From: an uncultured Gammaproteobacteria bacterium
GTDB lineage: Bacteria > Patescibacteriota > Microgenomatia > PFEM01 > JAPLYW01
Reading direction: 5' to 3'
DNA: 64,000 nt
Assembly (NCBI GenBank): GCA_965230945.1
Contig: OZ246397.1
Coordinates: forward strand, 4,692 to 68,691
In this document: piece after piece, positions 1-8,148 of the stretch
Position numbering within the stretch: the stretch's first letter is position 1
Layout of the letters: the number at the start of each line of letters is the position of its first letter
Program-made: the position numbers and the translations under genes
The notes under the pieces: model-generated
What the model saw: only the letters and a program-made list of their open reading frames with translations
Database searches by the model: none
Told to the model about the DNA's origin: nothing

Positions 1-795
1 GTCACGGCCGTAATTTTAACTATTGGTTTGGCCGTTGCTTCTTATTCGATTACCAATATTAAAATTTCTCGCTATGAGGAGGAATCAGCAAGAGTTTTTT
101 CTGCCGCCGAAGCTGGTATTGAGGAAGCCCTAAAATTAGGGACTGCTCCAGAAAGCGGCATGGTGACTATTGGTGATATTACCGCAGAAGTAACGGAAAC
201 GGTACAAGGTGGAGGGAGTGATTTTGATTTTGCCGGGGGTAAATTTGAATCAGAAGAACTGGCTAATGTTTGGCTGGTTGGTCATACTGATGAGGGTACT
301 TTGGATCCGAGTACTTATTTTCCAGCCAATGGCATTATTGATGTTTGTTGGGGTGATGAAACGACAATTAATGATAATACGCCGGCGATCGAAGTAGCCC
401 TTCTTTATAAAGATGGGGGTGATTTTAAGGTAGCTAGAGGAGCTTTTGACCCAAAGACTGACCGCGGCAATGGTTTTGATGCAGCTGATGAAAGTAGTGG
501 TGGTAATTGTGGTGATTTGGCTTTTTCAGAAGAGATAGATTTATCCTCAGATTTTGGTCTTCCAGGGGGAACAGTTCCTTATAGTTTACGCTTGAGACTT
601 TTTTATAATCCTGATTTACAGCCAATAGCTGTTTCAGCAAATAGTAATTTACCCTTGCAAGGAAAATGCTATGAATCCAAAGCGGTGATTGTTGATTCTG
701 GAGTAAGTCGTAAGGTTCGTCAGTGTCAATTTTATGAATCGCCACCAGGTATTTTTGATTATGTTCTCTTTTCTACAGGAGATTTAGTAAAATAG
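1..795 (+). CDS. pilin-like / minor-pilin-like secreted protein, 5' end truncated by the window edge
   Basis: Frame 1 is open from base 1. It opens inside a hydrophobic helix (VTAVILTIGLAVA) typical of a type IV pilin N-terminus, followed by a Gly/Asp/Thr-rich exported domain. Sits directly upstream of pilMNO. Confidence 0.4.
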   Translation, partial: VTAVILTIGLAVASYSITNIKISRYEEESARVFSAAEAGIEEALKLGTAPESGMVTIGDITAEVTETVQGGGSDFDFAGGKFESEELANVWLVGHTDEGTLDPSTYFPANGIIDVCWGDETTINDNTPAIEVALLYKDGGDFKVARGAFDPKTDRGNGFDAADESSGGNCGDLAFSEEIDLSSDFGLPGGTVPYSLRLRLFYNPDLQPIAVSANSNLPLQGKCYESKAVIVDSGVSRKVRQCQFYESPPGIFDYVLFSTGDLVK

Positions 796-812
796 TAAAA
801 AAGACTGCCCAA

Positions 813-1832
813 ATGGATTTTTTTGGTTTAGACATTGGTTCCCATAAAGTCAAAATCGCTCAGGTTCAGAAAACAGGTGAGAATTATCGCCTCACGGCTT
901 TGGGAATTGCTCCTTCTACCCCGAAAGGAGTTTTGTCAGATGCAGAAAGTGATCTTACTCAATTATCAACAGTAATCAAAAAGCTTTATCAGGAAACAAA
1001 GATTAAGACGAAGAATGTAGTTTCTGCCTTGCCTCAAGATCAAGTTTTTACTCAAGTCATCACCTTACCTAAATTATCCGAGGATGAGCTAAATTCAGCT
1101 TTAAAATGGGAGGCAGAACAATACATTCCTATTCCCCTTGCCGAAGTAACCATTTCTCACCAGATAATTGGCAGGGTGAAAGAAAACGCCAAGGAAAAAA
1201 TTGAGGTTTTACTGGCGGCGGCTCCCAATCGCTTGATTGATAAAGTTATAAGAGTTTTAAAAACAGCCGGACTTAATCCTCTCAGCTTAGAAATAGAAAT
1301 TATGGCGGTAGCAAGAAGTTTGATTCTTTCAAGCCCAGAAACAGTTATGGTAGTTGATTTTGGGGCCAAGGCTACTGATATTGCTGTAGTGGAAGACAGG
1401 CAAGTGGTTTTTGTTCGCTCTATGGCCACTGGTGGCGAGGCCTTAACGAGAGCCGTAGCTGCTAATTTAGGCTTAACAGTTGCTCAGGCGGAAGCTTATA
1501 AAAAAGCTTATGGAGCTGATCCAGAAAAGCTTGAAGGAAAGATGCTGGAAGCGATTGTTCCTGTGATTGAGGTAGTTATCAAGGAAATAGAAAAGATACT
1601 TCATTTTTATCAGACAGAAAAGAAAAAGACAATCACACGGGTTATTTTGGCTGGTGGCACTGCTAGCTTGCCTGAGATTTCTTCTTTGCTGGTAAAAAAG
1701 CTAAATTTAGAAATTCAGATTGGCAATCCTTTCTCTCAGATGGCTAAAGAGACTTTACCTAAAAAACTTTCTGCCACTGAAATTCCCTTATATGCTATTG
1801 CTGTTGGGCTAGCCATGAAGGAGATGACATGA
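813..1832 (+). CDS. pilM: type IV pilus assembly protein PilM (actin-like ATPase fold)
   Basis: N-terminus MDFFGLDIGSHKVKIAQV and overall length are typical of PilM. Next gene overlaps it (ATGA). Confidence 0.8.
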   Translation: MDFFGLDIGSHKVKIAQVQKTGENYRLTALGIAPSTPKGVLSDAESDLTQLSTVIKKLYQETKIKTKNVVSALPQDQVFTQVITLPKLSEDELNSALKWEAEQYIPIPLAEVTISHQIIGRVKENAKEKIEVLLAAAPNRLIDKVIRVLKTAGLNPLSLEIEIMAVARSLILSSPETVMVVDFGAKATDIAVVEDRQVVFVRSMATGGEALTRAVAANLGLTVAQAEAYKKAYGADPEKLEGKMLEAIVPVIEVVIKEIEKILHFYQTEKKKTITRVILAGGTASLPEISSLLVKKLNLEIQIGNPFSQMAKETLPKKLSATEIPLYAIAVGLAMKEMT

Positions 1833-2374
1833 AACAGGAAATAAACTTTCTTAGTGGTCAGCGAGCCGATATTGATAAAAAGGCAAAGCTTTCTAGGTTG
1901 ATTAAGGTTGGTAGTTTTATTATTCTCATTGCCTATTGTTTAATTATAGGGGCAGTTTTTTCCTATTGGTTTTATTTAGACAATGGAGTTAAAAAGACTG
2001 ATGAGCAGGTTATTATAAAGAAAAATAGGGTTGAGGAATTAAAAGAGGTGGAATCACTTCAGGTCCTTTTAAAACAAAGGCTTTCCTCTTTAAATAAATT
2101 TTTTTCGAGCGATAAAGAATTGGATTTTGTTGCTTTGCTTTCCTATTTTGAAGATCTTCCTGATGGGGTTAAAATAAAAGGGTTTTCACTATCAAGTATT
2201 GGAGGGTTAACAGTTTCTGCTGAATCTGCCAATGTGCTGGTTTTAGGAGAATTTCTAGATAAATTTAAGGGCGATGAAGCAAAATCCTTATTTTCAATGA
2301 TCACCCTTTCTTCTTTAGATAGACAAAAAGACGGCACTTATTTTTTTGTGATTTCTTTAGAACCAAAAGGATAA
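1829..2374 (+). CDS. pilN: type IV pilus assembly protein PilN
   Basis: Single N-terminal TM then a periplasmic domain. Position after pilM. Confidence 0.65.
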   Translation: MKQEINFLSGQRADIDKKAKLSRLIKVGSFIILIAYCLIIGAVFSYWFYLDNGVKKTDEQVIIKKNRVEELKEVESLQVLLKQRLSSLNKFFSSDKELDFVALLSYFEDLPDGVKIKGFSLSSIGGLTVSAESANVLVLGEFLDKFKGDEAKSLFSMITLSSLDRQKDGTYFFVISLEPKG

Positions 2375-3091
2375 ATGTTTAATTTAAATTTAAAAGAAAA
2401 CAAAGTTTTTTTATGGCCAGCTTTAATATTGTTTTTGATTGTTGTGGCTAGCGTTTTCATTTTAAAACCAAAAGTCAGCGGGATTGCCAAGTCTCGAAGA
2501 GAGCTTCTCGCCGGCAAAAAAACATTGGCTAGTCTGACTCAAAAAGTGGCCGCCTTAGAGGGCTTAGCTGAGGTTGAACTTTCTGAAAAAGTTAACTCTG
2601 TTTTGAAAGTTCTTCCAGTGGAAAAAGATATCCCCAGGAATTTATTTGTTCTAAAAAGATTAGCCTTAGATGCTGGCTTGATTTTTGAGGGAATGACTCT
2701 AGCTGATGTTGGCGAAATATCTACGGCAGCAGCTGAGCCAAAATTAAAAAAGGGAGAAATTTTACCATCTTTGTCTTTTGATATCCTTGTTGTTGGTGAA
2801 AGAGATAAAGTAAAGAATTTTTTAAGTAGTCTAAAGACGACGGCTCCCCTGATGGAAGTTAAAGAATTAGTTATTAGTCAAAAGAAGGAGAATTTGCCAA
2901 AGATAACGATCCTTATTAATTCTTTTTATTTTCCTCTTCCAAAGACTATTGGTAAGCCAGAGAAACCGATTGTGTCAATTATTAGGGCTGAGGAAGAAGT
3001 TTTACTAAAAATTTCAGAATTTAAATCTTTTAAGGATGAAGGTGAGTTTTATTTTGCTACTGGTTTAAAGGATAACCCCTTTGCTTTTTAA
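2375..3091 (+). CDS. PilO-like type IV pilus inner-membrane component
   Basis: N-terminal TM plus coiled-coil. Third gene of the pilMNO operon. Confidence 0.5.
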   Translation: MFNLNLKENKVFLWPALILFLIVVASVFILKPKVSGIAKSRRELLAGKKTLASLTQKVAALEGLAEVELSEKVNSVLKVLPVEKDIPRNLFVLKRLALDAGLIFEGMTLADVGEISTAAAEPKLKKGEILPSLSFDILVVGERDKVKNFLSSLKTTAPLMEVKELVISQKKENLPKITILINSFYFPLPKTIGKPEKPIVSIIRAEEEVLLKISEFKSFKDEGEFYFATGLKDNPFAF

Positions 3092-3315
3092 GAAACGTCG
3101 ACTCTGACTTTAATTTTTTCCTTAATGGCCCTTATTTTTATTAGTTCTCTTATAGCTTTGATAGTTTTTCCTTCCTTGCCGATGACAACTTTGATATCAT
3201 CAGGGTGAACTTTAAGATTAAAATTGAGCTCATCTCCTTCTTGTTTTTCTTCAATACTGACATCTTTAGGAGAGCTAACAATGGATTTAGTTAGAAATTC
3301 AAGAAGCGCTTTCAT
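3088..3315 (-). CDS. khpA: KH-domain RNA-binding protein (KhpA/YlqC-like)
   Basis: 75 aa with VIGKEGKTIKAIREL KH motif. Immediately downstream of rpsP, a conserved arrangement. Confidence 0.7.
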   Translation of the reverse strand: MKALLEFLTKSIVSSPKDVSIEEKQEGDELNFNLKVHPDDIKVVIGKEGKTIKAIRELIKIRAIKEKIKVRVDVS

Positions 3316-3539
3316 TTTTTAAGTAATTTTTTTACTGCCGGGGTTAATTGGGCCCCTTTCTCGACCCATTTATCAAGCCGCTTTTGGTCAATTTTAACCG
3401 TAGGAGGTCTGGTTTTAGGATCATAAAAACCAATGATATCTAGTGTTTTTCCATTTCTTTTATTTTGTGATTCAATGGCCACAATTCTGTAAGAGGGCCT
3501 TTTTTTAGCGCCAGTTTTATAAAGTCTGATTTTAACCAT
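3312..3539 (-). CDS. rpsP: 30S ribosomal protein S16
   Basis: MVKIRLYKTGAKKRPSYRIVA is a canonical bS16 N-terminus. Confidence 0.9.
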   Translation of the reverse strand: MVKIRLYKTGAKKRPSYRIVAIESQNKRNGKTLDIIGFYDPKTRPPTVKIDQKRLDKWVEKGAQLTPAVKKLLKK

Positions 3540-3549
3540 ATTGGATATT

Positions 3550-4245
3550 CTACTTTTTTAGGCTTAATTTTTCAAGAGCTAGTTTGGCAGCATCCTGCTC
3601 GGCTTTTTGCTTGCTTTTGCCTTTACCAGAGGCTAAGAGTTCTCCCTTTTGGGAATAGACATTTAAGGTAAAGATTTTATTATGCTCCAGACCCTCCTCT
3701 TTAATGGTTTTGTAGATTGGCGATTTGCTCTTCTGAGCCTGAAGCTTTTCTTGCAAGAGACTTTTATAGTCTTTAAAATTTCCTAAAGTTATAAATTCCT
3801 TTAAAAGAGGCTTAAAATTTCTTTTAATGAAATTTTCAACTGCCTCAATCCCTTGGTCAATAAAAATAGCTCCAATAATAGCTTCTAAGGCATTAGCCAA
3901 TAAGGTTGGTTTTTGCTGGCCTTTTGATTCTCGCTCGCCCCTGCTTAAGAAAAGATATTCCCCTATGTTAAGATTTTTGGCTACTTTAGCTAAAGTGCCT
4001 GTTTTAACTAGCTTAGAACGGAGATTGGTCATTCTTCCTTCGAGGTAATTGGGAAACTGTTTAAAAATCCAGTCAGAGACCACAAAAGACAAGATGGCAT
4101 CTCCGAAAAATTCAAGTCTTTCATTAGAGGTTATTTGTTTATCTTTAATTTCGTTTAAAAAAGAACGGTGGGTTAAAGCTCTTTTTAAGATTTGTGGGTT
4201 TTTAAATTTAACCTTTAATTTTCTTTCAATATCTTGCAAGTTCAT
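3550..4245 (-). CDS. rnc: ribonuclease III
   Basis: ERLEFFGDA RNase III signature plus C-terminal dsRBD. Confidence 0.9.
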   Translation of the reverse strand: MNLQDIERKLKVKFKNPQILKRALTHRSFLNEIKDKQITSNERLEFFGDAILSFVVSDWIFKQFPNYLEGRMTNLRSKLVKTGTLAKVAKNLNIGEYLFLSRGERESKGQQKPTLLANALEAIIGAIFIDQGIEAVENFIKRNFKPLLKEFITLGNFKDYKSLLQEKLQAQKSKSPIYKTIKEEGLEHNKIFTLNVYSQKGELLASGKGKSKQKAEQDAAKLALEKLSLKK

Positions 4246-4610
4246 TTTTTCTTTTTGAGTTTTTTAAAAACGGTTCCCAAAACACCATTGACAAAAGATG
4301 AGGTTTTTTCACTACCATAACTTTTGGAAAGTTCTACAGCCTCGTCAATGATAACTTTTGGTGGCTCTTTACCTTGTATCACTAATTCCCAAATAGCCAG
4401 CCTTAAGATAGCCAAATCAACCTTATTTATTTGTTCAATAGGCCATTCAGGAGCTGCTTCAACGATTATCTTATCGATTTTTTCAAGACAATTAAGAGTT
4501 TTTTTAGCTAGTTTACTTTTGGGTTTATTCCTCTTTTGAAAAGAAAAGGCAAAAAGTTCTTTAATTGCCTTTTCTCTTTTTTTATGTCGTGGATCAAGGG
4601 GCGTCTTCAT
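4242..4610 (-). CDS. nusB: transcription antitermination factor NusB
   Basis: NusB-like helical protein of 122 aa (LAILRLAIWEL motif). Confidence 0.75.
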   Translation of the reverse strand: MKTPLDPRHKKREKAIKELFAFSFQKRNKPKSKLAKKTLNCLEKIDKIIVEAAPEWPIEQINKVDLAILRLAIWELVIQGKEPPKVIIDEAVELSKSYGSEKTSSFVNGVLGTVFKKLKKKK

Positions 4611-4614
4611 TTCT

Positions 4615-4743
4615 TTAATCAGCTTTTTGTTTTAAAAATTCACTTTTCTTTTTATTGATCCTGCGAAGGAACTTTTGCCTGATAGCTGCCCGTCTTTTCC
4701 CTTTTCTTGAGGTGGAATGTTTTCTTTTTGGTTGTGCTGCCAT
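4615..4743 (-). CDS. rpmF: 50S ribosomal protein L32 (not in the ORF track, under 60 aa)
   Basis: Hand translation of the minus strand gives MAAQPKRKHSTSRKGKRRAAIRQKFLRRINKKKSEFLKQKAD. It matches the bL32 N-terminal MAVPKRKTSKSRRDKRR pattern. ATG at 4743-4741, stop at 4617-4615, between recG and nusB. Confidence 0.7.
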   Translation of the reverse strand: MAAQPKRKHSTSRKGKRRAAIRQKFLRRINKKKSEFLKQKAD

Positions 4744-4744
4744 G

Positions 4745-6784
4745 TTAATTTGGTTTGATGTCTTTAATTGTATCTTTTTTAAGCTTAGCTTTCAAGAGAG
4801 AATACTGATTAATTTTAGGGAAAATGGCGTTGGCTGCGCTTTTAGTTTTTTTAATAAGATTAGTATCAGAGAAAGAGGCTACCTTAAGGTCAAAAAAACC
4901 ATGTTGTGTAACTCCGTAAATTTCTCCAGGTCCTCTTAATTTTAAATCAAGTTCAGCTAGTTCGATACCAATACCTGTTTTCTCTAAAGCCTTTATTCTT
5001 TGCAGTGGTTTACCTCTCATAATTTCGCTAAAAAGCAGGCAATAAGATTCTTTATTGCTTCTGCCAACGCGACCTCTCAGTTGATGGAGTTGCGATAAGC
5101 CAAATCTATCAGCGCCTTCAATAACCATAATAGTTGCCTGGGGGATGTCAATGCCGACTTCTACTACTGGTGTAGAAACTAAGATATCTAATTTACCCTC
5201 TTTAAATTTTTTAATAACAGTATCTTTTTCCTTATTTTTCATTCGGCCATGTAAAAGTCCCAATTTGAGATCAGGGAAAATATCTTTACTAAGTTTTTCG
5301 TATTCTACCTTGGCAGCTTTTACTGCCCGTAGACTTTCTGAAATTTCAATTAAAGGGCAGACAATAAAACACTCTTCCTTAGTTTTTTTGACCTTTTTTC
5401 TCATCCAGTTATAGGCGTCGCTTCTTTTTTGGGGAGGAACGACAAAAGTTTTTATCTTTTTTCTTCCAGGAGGCATTTCATCAATAACCGATAAATTTAG
5501 GTCACCATATAAAGTTAAGGCAATAGTTCTCGGGATAGGGGTGGCCGTCATGGTTAAGATATGGGGTGAGGAGCCTTCTTTTAGATTTTTTTTGATTAAT
5601 TTGGCTCTTTGTTCTACACCAAAGCGATGTTGCTCATCAATAATTACTAAGCCTAAGTTTTCAAATTTTGCTTTTTGATATAAAAGAGCATGGGTTCCTA
5701 CAAAGACATTAACTTTTTGTAAGTTTTTTTTACTCTTTTTTTGGTAACCGCCGGTAACTAATTTAATTTTAACTCCAAAAGGATTAAGGAGTTCTTTTAG
5801 AGTTTGATGGTGTTGCTTGGCTAGGATTTCTGTGGGGGCCATCAAGGCAGATTGAGTTTTATTGAGATCGGCAATATAGATAGCTAGAGCTGCCACTGCC
5901 GTTTTACCACTGCCGACATCTCCTTCCAAGAGCCGATTCATGGGTTTGTTCTTTTTGAGGTCGTTAATAATTTCTTGAGAAGATCGTTCTTGAGCCTTAG
6001 TTAGTTTAAAAGGGAGTCTTTTTATAAATTCACTAATCCCCTTTTTACTAACTGAAAATTTAAAAGCTAGTTTTTCTTTTTGCCATGAATCTTTTCGTTG
6101 AAGAGTTTGCAGATGTAAAAGGAAAAGTTCTTCGAAGGCAAAGCGGTTTTTGGCTTCCTGTGCTTCCTTTAATGTTTTGGGAAAGTGGATTTTTTTTAAA
6201 GCCTGGCTAAATTCTAAGAGCTTATTTTCTTTTCTTACTTTTGGAGGTAAAAAATCTTTAAATTGATCACCAAAATTTTTAACTAACCAGGCAATTCTTG
6301 AGCGAAGCCATCTGGAAGTTAGCTTAGAGGTTTCGTGATAGATGGGAATCAATCTTCCTGTATGAACACTTTCTTGTTGGCTCATAAACCTTTCATATTG
6401 AGGAGAGGTCATTACTAATTGACGGCCAAACCAGTCAGCCTTTCCGGAAAAACGATATTCTTCCCCTGCTTTGATGGTTCTTATTAAAAAGGGTTGATTA
6501 AACCAAATAATCTGGATTTTACCGGTGCCATCATCTATCTGAGCTCTTTGGATTTTTCTACCTCCGCGTAAGTATTGGTTTTTGATGGAGATAACTCTTC
6601 CTTTAATGGTGACTATCTCTCCTGCTTGGATTTTGTTAATTGAGGAGATAAGAGAATAATCAGTGTAGCGAAAAGGAAAATGATATAAAAGATCTTCTAC
6701 TCTTTTGATATCTAGCCTTGCCAACCGTTGAGCATAGGCTCCACCGACCATAAAAAGGTTTTTAACAGGCGTTTTAAGTCTCAT
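4745..6784 (-). CDS. recG: ATP-dependent DNA helicase RecG
   Basis: Walker A GDVGSGKT, DEQH box, helicase motifs and N-terminal wedge domain. 679 aa. Confidence 0.9.
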   Translation of the reverse strand: MRLKTPVKNLFMVGGAYAQRLARLDIKRVEDLLYHFPFRYTDYSLISSINKIQAGEIVTIKGRVISIKNQYLRGGRKIQRAQIDDGTGKIQIIWFNQPFLIRTIKAGEEYRFSGKADWFGRQLVMTSPQYERFMSQQESVHTGRLIPIYHETSKLTSRWLRSRIAWLVKNFGDQFKDFLPPKVRKENKLLEFSQALKKIHFPKTLKEAQEAKNRFAFEELFLLHLQTLQRKDSWQKEKLAFKFSVSKKGISEFIKRLPFKLTKAQERSSQEIINDLKKNKPMNRLLEGDVGSGKTAVAALAIYIADLNKTQSALMAPTEILAKQHHQTLKELLNPFGVKIKLVTGGYQKKSKKNLQKVNVFVGTHALLYQKAKFENLGLVIIDEQHRFGVEQRAKLIKKNLKEGSSPHILTMTATPIPRTIALTLYGDLNLSVIDEMPPGRKKIKTFVVPPQKRSDAYNWMRKKVKKTKEECFIVCPLIEISESLRAVKAAKVEYEKLSKDIFPDLKLGLLHGRMKNKEKDTVIKKFKEGKLDILVSTPVVEVGIDIPQATIMVIEGADRFGLSQLHQLRGRVGRSNKESYCLLFSEIMRGKPLQRIKALEKTGIGIELAELDLKLRGPGEIYGVTQHGFFDLKVASFSDTNLIKKTKSAANAIFPKINQYSLLKAKLKKDTIKDIKPN

Positions 6785-6790
6785 TTTTAG

Positions 6791-6898
6791 CTAGAACAAA
6801 GAATAAATAAAGGGAAGCATCGAAGTAAGAATAAGTGCTCCCCCGGCAATTATTACTAGAACAAGCCAGAATTTTTTTTGTTTTTTGGTTAAAATCAT
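6791..6898 (-). CDS. possible small membrane protein (35 aa, MILTKKQKKFWLVLVIIAGGALILTSMLPFIYSLF)
   Basis: Hand-translated minus-strand ORF filling the recG-tyrS gap. One clear TM helix. No SD seen. Confidence 0.25.
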   Translation of the reverse strand: MILTKKQKKFWLVLVIIAGGALILTSMLPFIYSLF

Positions 6899-6901
6899 TT
6901 T

Positions 6902-8104
6902 TTAAATTTTTGCTTTACAAATTTTTCCTTTTGAAATTTTTCCGTATTTTATTATTTCTCCACCCTCGATGTTAATTTCTTCTTGGGGATCAGTATATTT
7001 CTTACCGTCAATTACTACGGTTCCACCTAATATTAATCTTTTTATTTCAGAGGCGGTGTAGTCGCCAACCATGGCCGAAACTAAAAAGTTTTTGACAGTG
7101 TATTTCCCGGGGGGTGTTTTCCCTGGAGCATAGGGAATATTTGAAGGCATCTTTTTTTCTTGACTAACTTTTCTGAATTCTTTTTCTGCCTTTTTAGCTT
7201 TTTTTTCTCCATGATAGGTTTTAGTAATTTCAAAGGCGAGTTTCTTTTTTAATGTCATGGGGTCTCTTTTAAGCTCTTTTTCATATTCCTTGATTGTTTT
7301 TAAAGGAACATCTGTACAAAGTTCAAGGTATTCAATAATTAGATCATCTGGGACAGACATAACTTTTCCATACATATTATTGGCTTCTTCTGTTAAAGAA
7401 ATGTAATTTCCTAGACTTTTGCCCATTTTTTGCCCATCAGCTCCCATTAATAAGGGTACGGTTAAAACAAATTTCTCTTTATCTAACTTGGCTTTTACCA
7501 GATCACGACCGATTAACATGTTGAACGTTTGGTCATTGCCGCCTACTTCCATGTCAATCTTCAATACCACCCCGTCATAGGCTTGCATCAAAGGATAAAG
7601 AAATTCACTTAAGGCAATGGGTTTACCTCTTTTCATTCTTTCCTGGTACATATCGCGTTCAATAAATTGTTGAACAGTAAAATGATAGGCTAGGTCGATA
7701 AGTTCAGTAAAAGTAAGTTTATCTAGCCATTGACTGTTAAATTTAATCTGGACAGGATTTTTACCAGAAAAACGTAGAATTTTATTTGCCTGTTCTTTGT
7801 ATGTTTTGGCGTTTTTAATTACTTGCTTTTGAGTTAGTTTTTTCCTTATGTTTAACTTTCCGGCTGGGTCGCCAATGCGGCCGGTAAAATCACCGATAAG
7901 GAGAATGACTTCGTGACCTAGATCTTGAAATTCACGGATTTTTCTTAAAACAAGGGTATGGCCAAGGTGAAGTTTGGGGTCAGAGGGGTCAATACCTAAG
8001 TAAAGTTTTATCTTTTTACCTGATCTTAAGAGTTTTTCTAAGGCTTTTTTAGAGGGATAAATCTTTTCAACTCTTCTGGTTAAAATTTCGTCAATTTTAT
8101 CCAT
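6902..8104 (-). CDS. tyrS: tyrosine--tRNA ligase
   Basis: HLGH and KMGKS class I signatures. C-terminal S4-like domain. Confidence 0.9.
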   Translation of the reverse strand: MDKIDEILTRRVEKIYPSKKALEKLLRSGKKIKLYLGIDPSDPKLHLGHTLVLRKIREFQDLGHEVILLIGDFTGRIGDPAGKLNIRKKLTQKQVIKNAKTYKEQANKILRFSGKNPVQIKFNSQWLDKLTFTELIDLAYHFTVQQFIERDMYQERMKRGKPIALSEFLYPLMQAYDGVVLKIDMEVGGNDQTFNMLIGRDLVKAKLDKEKFVLTVPLLMGADGQKMGKSLGNYISLTEEANNMYGKVMSVPDDLIIEYLELCTDVPLKTIKEYEKELKRDPMTLKKKLAFEITKTYHGEKKAKKAEKEFRKVSQEKKMPSNIPYAPGKTPPGKYTVKNFLVSAMVGDYTASEIKRLILGGTVVIDGKKYTDPQEEINIEGGEIIKYGKISKGKICKAKI

Positions 8105-8117
8105 GATTTAACTTTAA

Positions 8118-8146
8118 ATTATAGATTTTTCTATGTTATAATGCAA
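8118..8146 (+). promoter_or_regulatory. putative sigma70 promoter with extended -10 (TATGTTATAAT) for the PBP gene
   Basis: TGTTATAAT extended -10 about 10 bp upstream of the ATG at 8149. -35 is weak. Confidence 0.4.
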
Positions 8147-8148
8147 GG

